From NCBI RefSeq assembly GCF_963921235.1, contig NC_086097.1, positions 56,854,001-56,918,000 of the forward strand: a DNA stretch of 64,000 bases, given 5' to 3'. The notes beneath the pieces were generated by a model that was not told the origin of the DNA, did no database searches, and worked only from the letters and a program-made list of their open reading frames with translations. The first letter of the stretch is position 1, and every line of letters starts with the position of its first letter. Both the position numbers and the translations under genes were made by a program. The stretch comes from Mobula hypostoma (Eukaryota). This document shows, piece by piece, positions 63,846-64,000 of this stretch.

Positions 63846-64000
63846 ATGGATTCAACCCGTCAGATCTATGCCAGATTCCAACAGGGCAATCCCATTAGTG
63901 CTCTTTCCTGGTACCCTCACAACTTACTCTTTCTCACATTTTCAACTCCATTGATTCTGTTTTGTCACTTCAAAGTACCTTCATTATCAACGTATGTATA

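Overview
Vertebrate nuclear DNA. The repeat content (CR1, Rex1/Babar, V-SINE, Penelope fold-backs) suggests a cartilaginous fish, probably a ray; this is inference. Two divergently transcribed spliced genes were reconstructed by hand. (1) Minus strand: an intact D-domain/F-box/WD40 gene, ATG at 19793, 10 phase-consistent exons down to 213, 406 aa so far, running off the left edge. I cannot assign it to a named mammalian FBXW gene. (2) Plus strand: PSMA3 exons 1-6 (39734-62546), running off the right edge. Between them lie three tRNA genes (two identical Lys-CTT in opposite orientation and an intron-containing Tyr-GTA), three R4/Dong-like retroelement fragments and two inverted LTR copies, one with an expanded minisatellite. 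The rest is largely decayed, often nested transposons. Best leads: the orphan F-box/WD40 protein lacking the phosphodegron arginines; about ten Penelope-derived insertions carrying minimal hammerhead ribozymes, several with 11-15 bp target duplications; a composite ARE plus IRF element in PSMA3 intron 1; and a Charlie4-like hAT that may reflect horizontal transfer. Transposon boundaries are approximate unless TSDs or TIRs are quoted, and family names come from recalled motifs, not searches.
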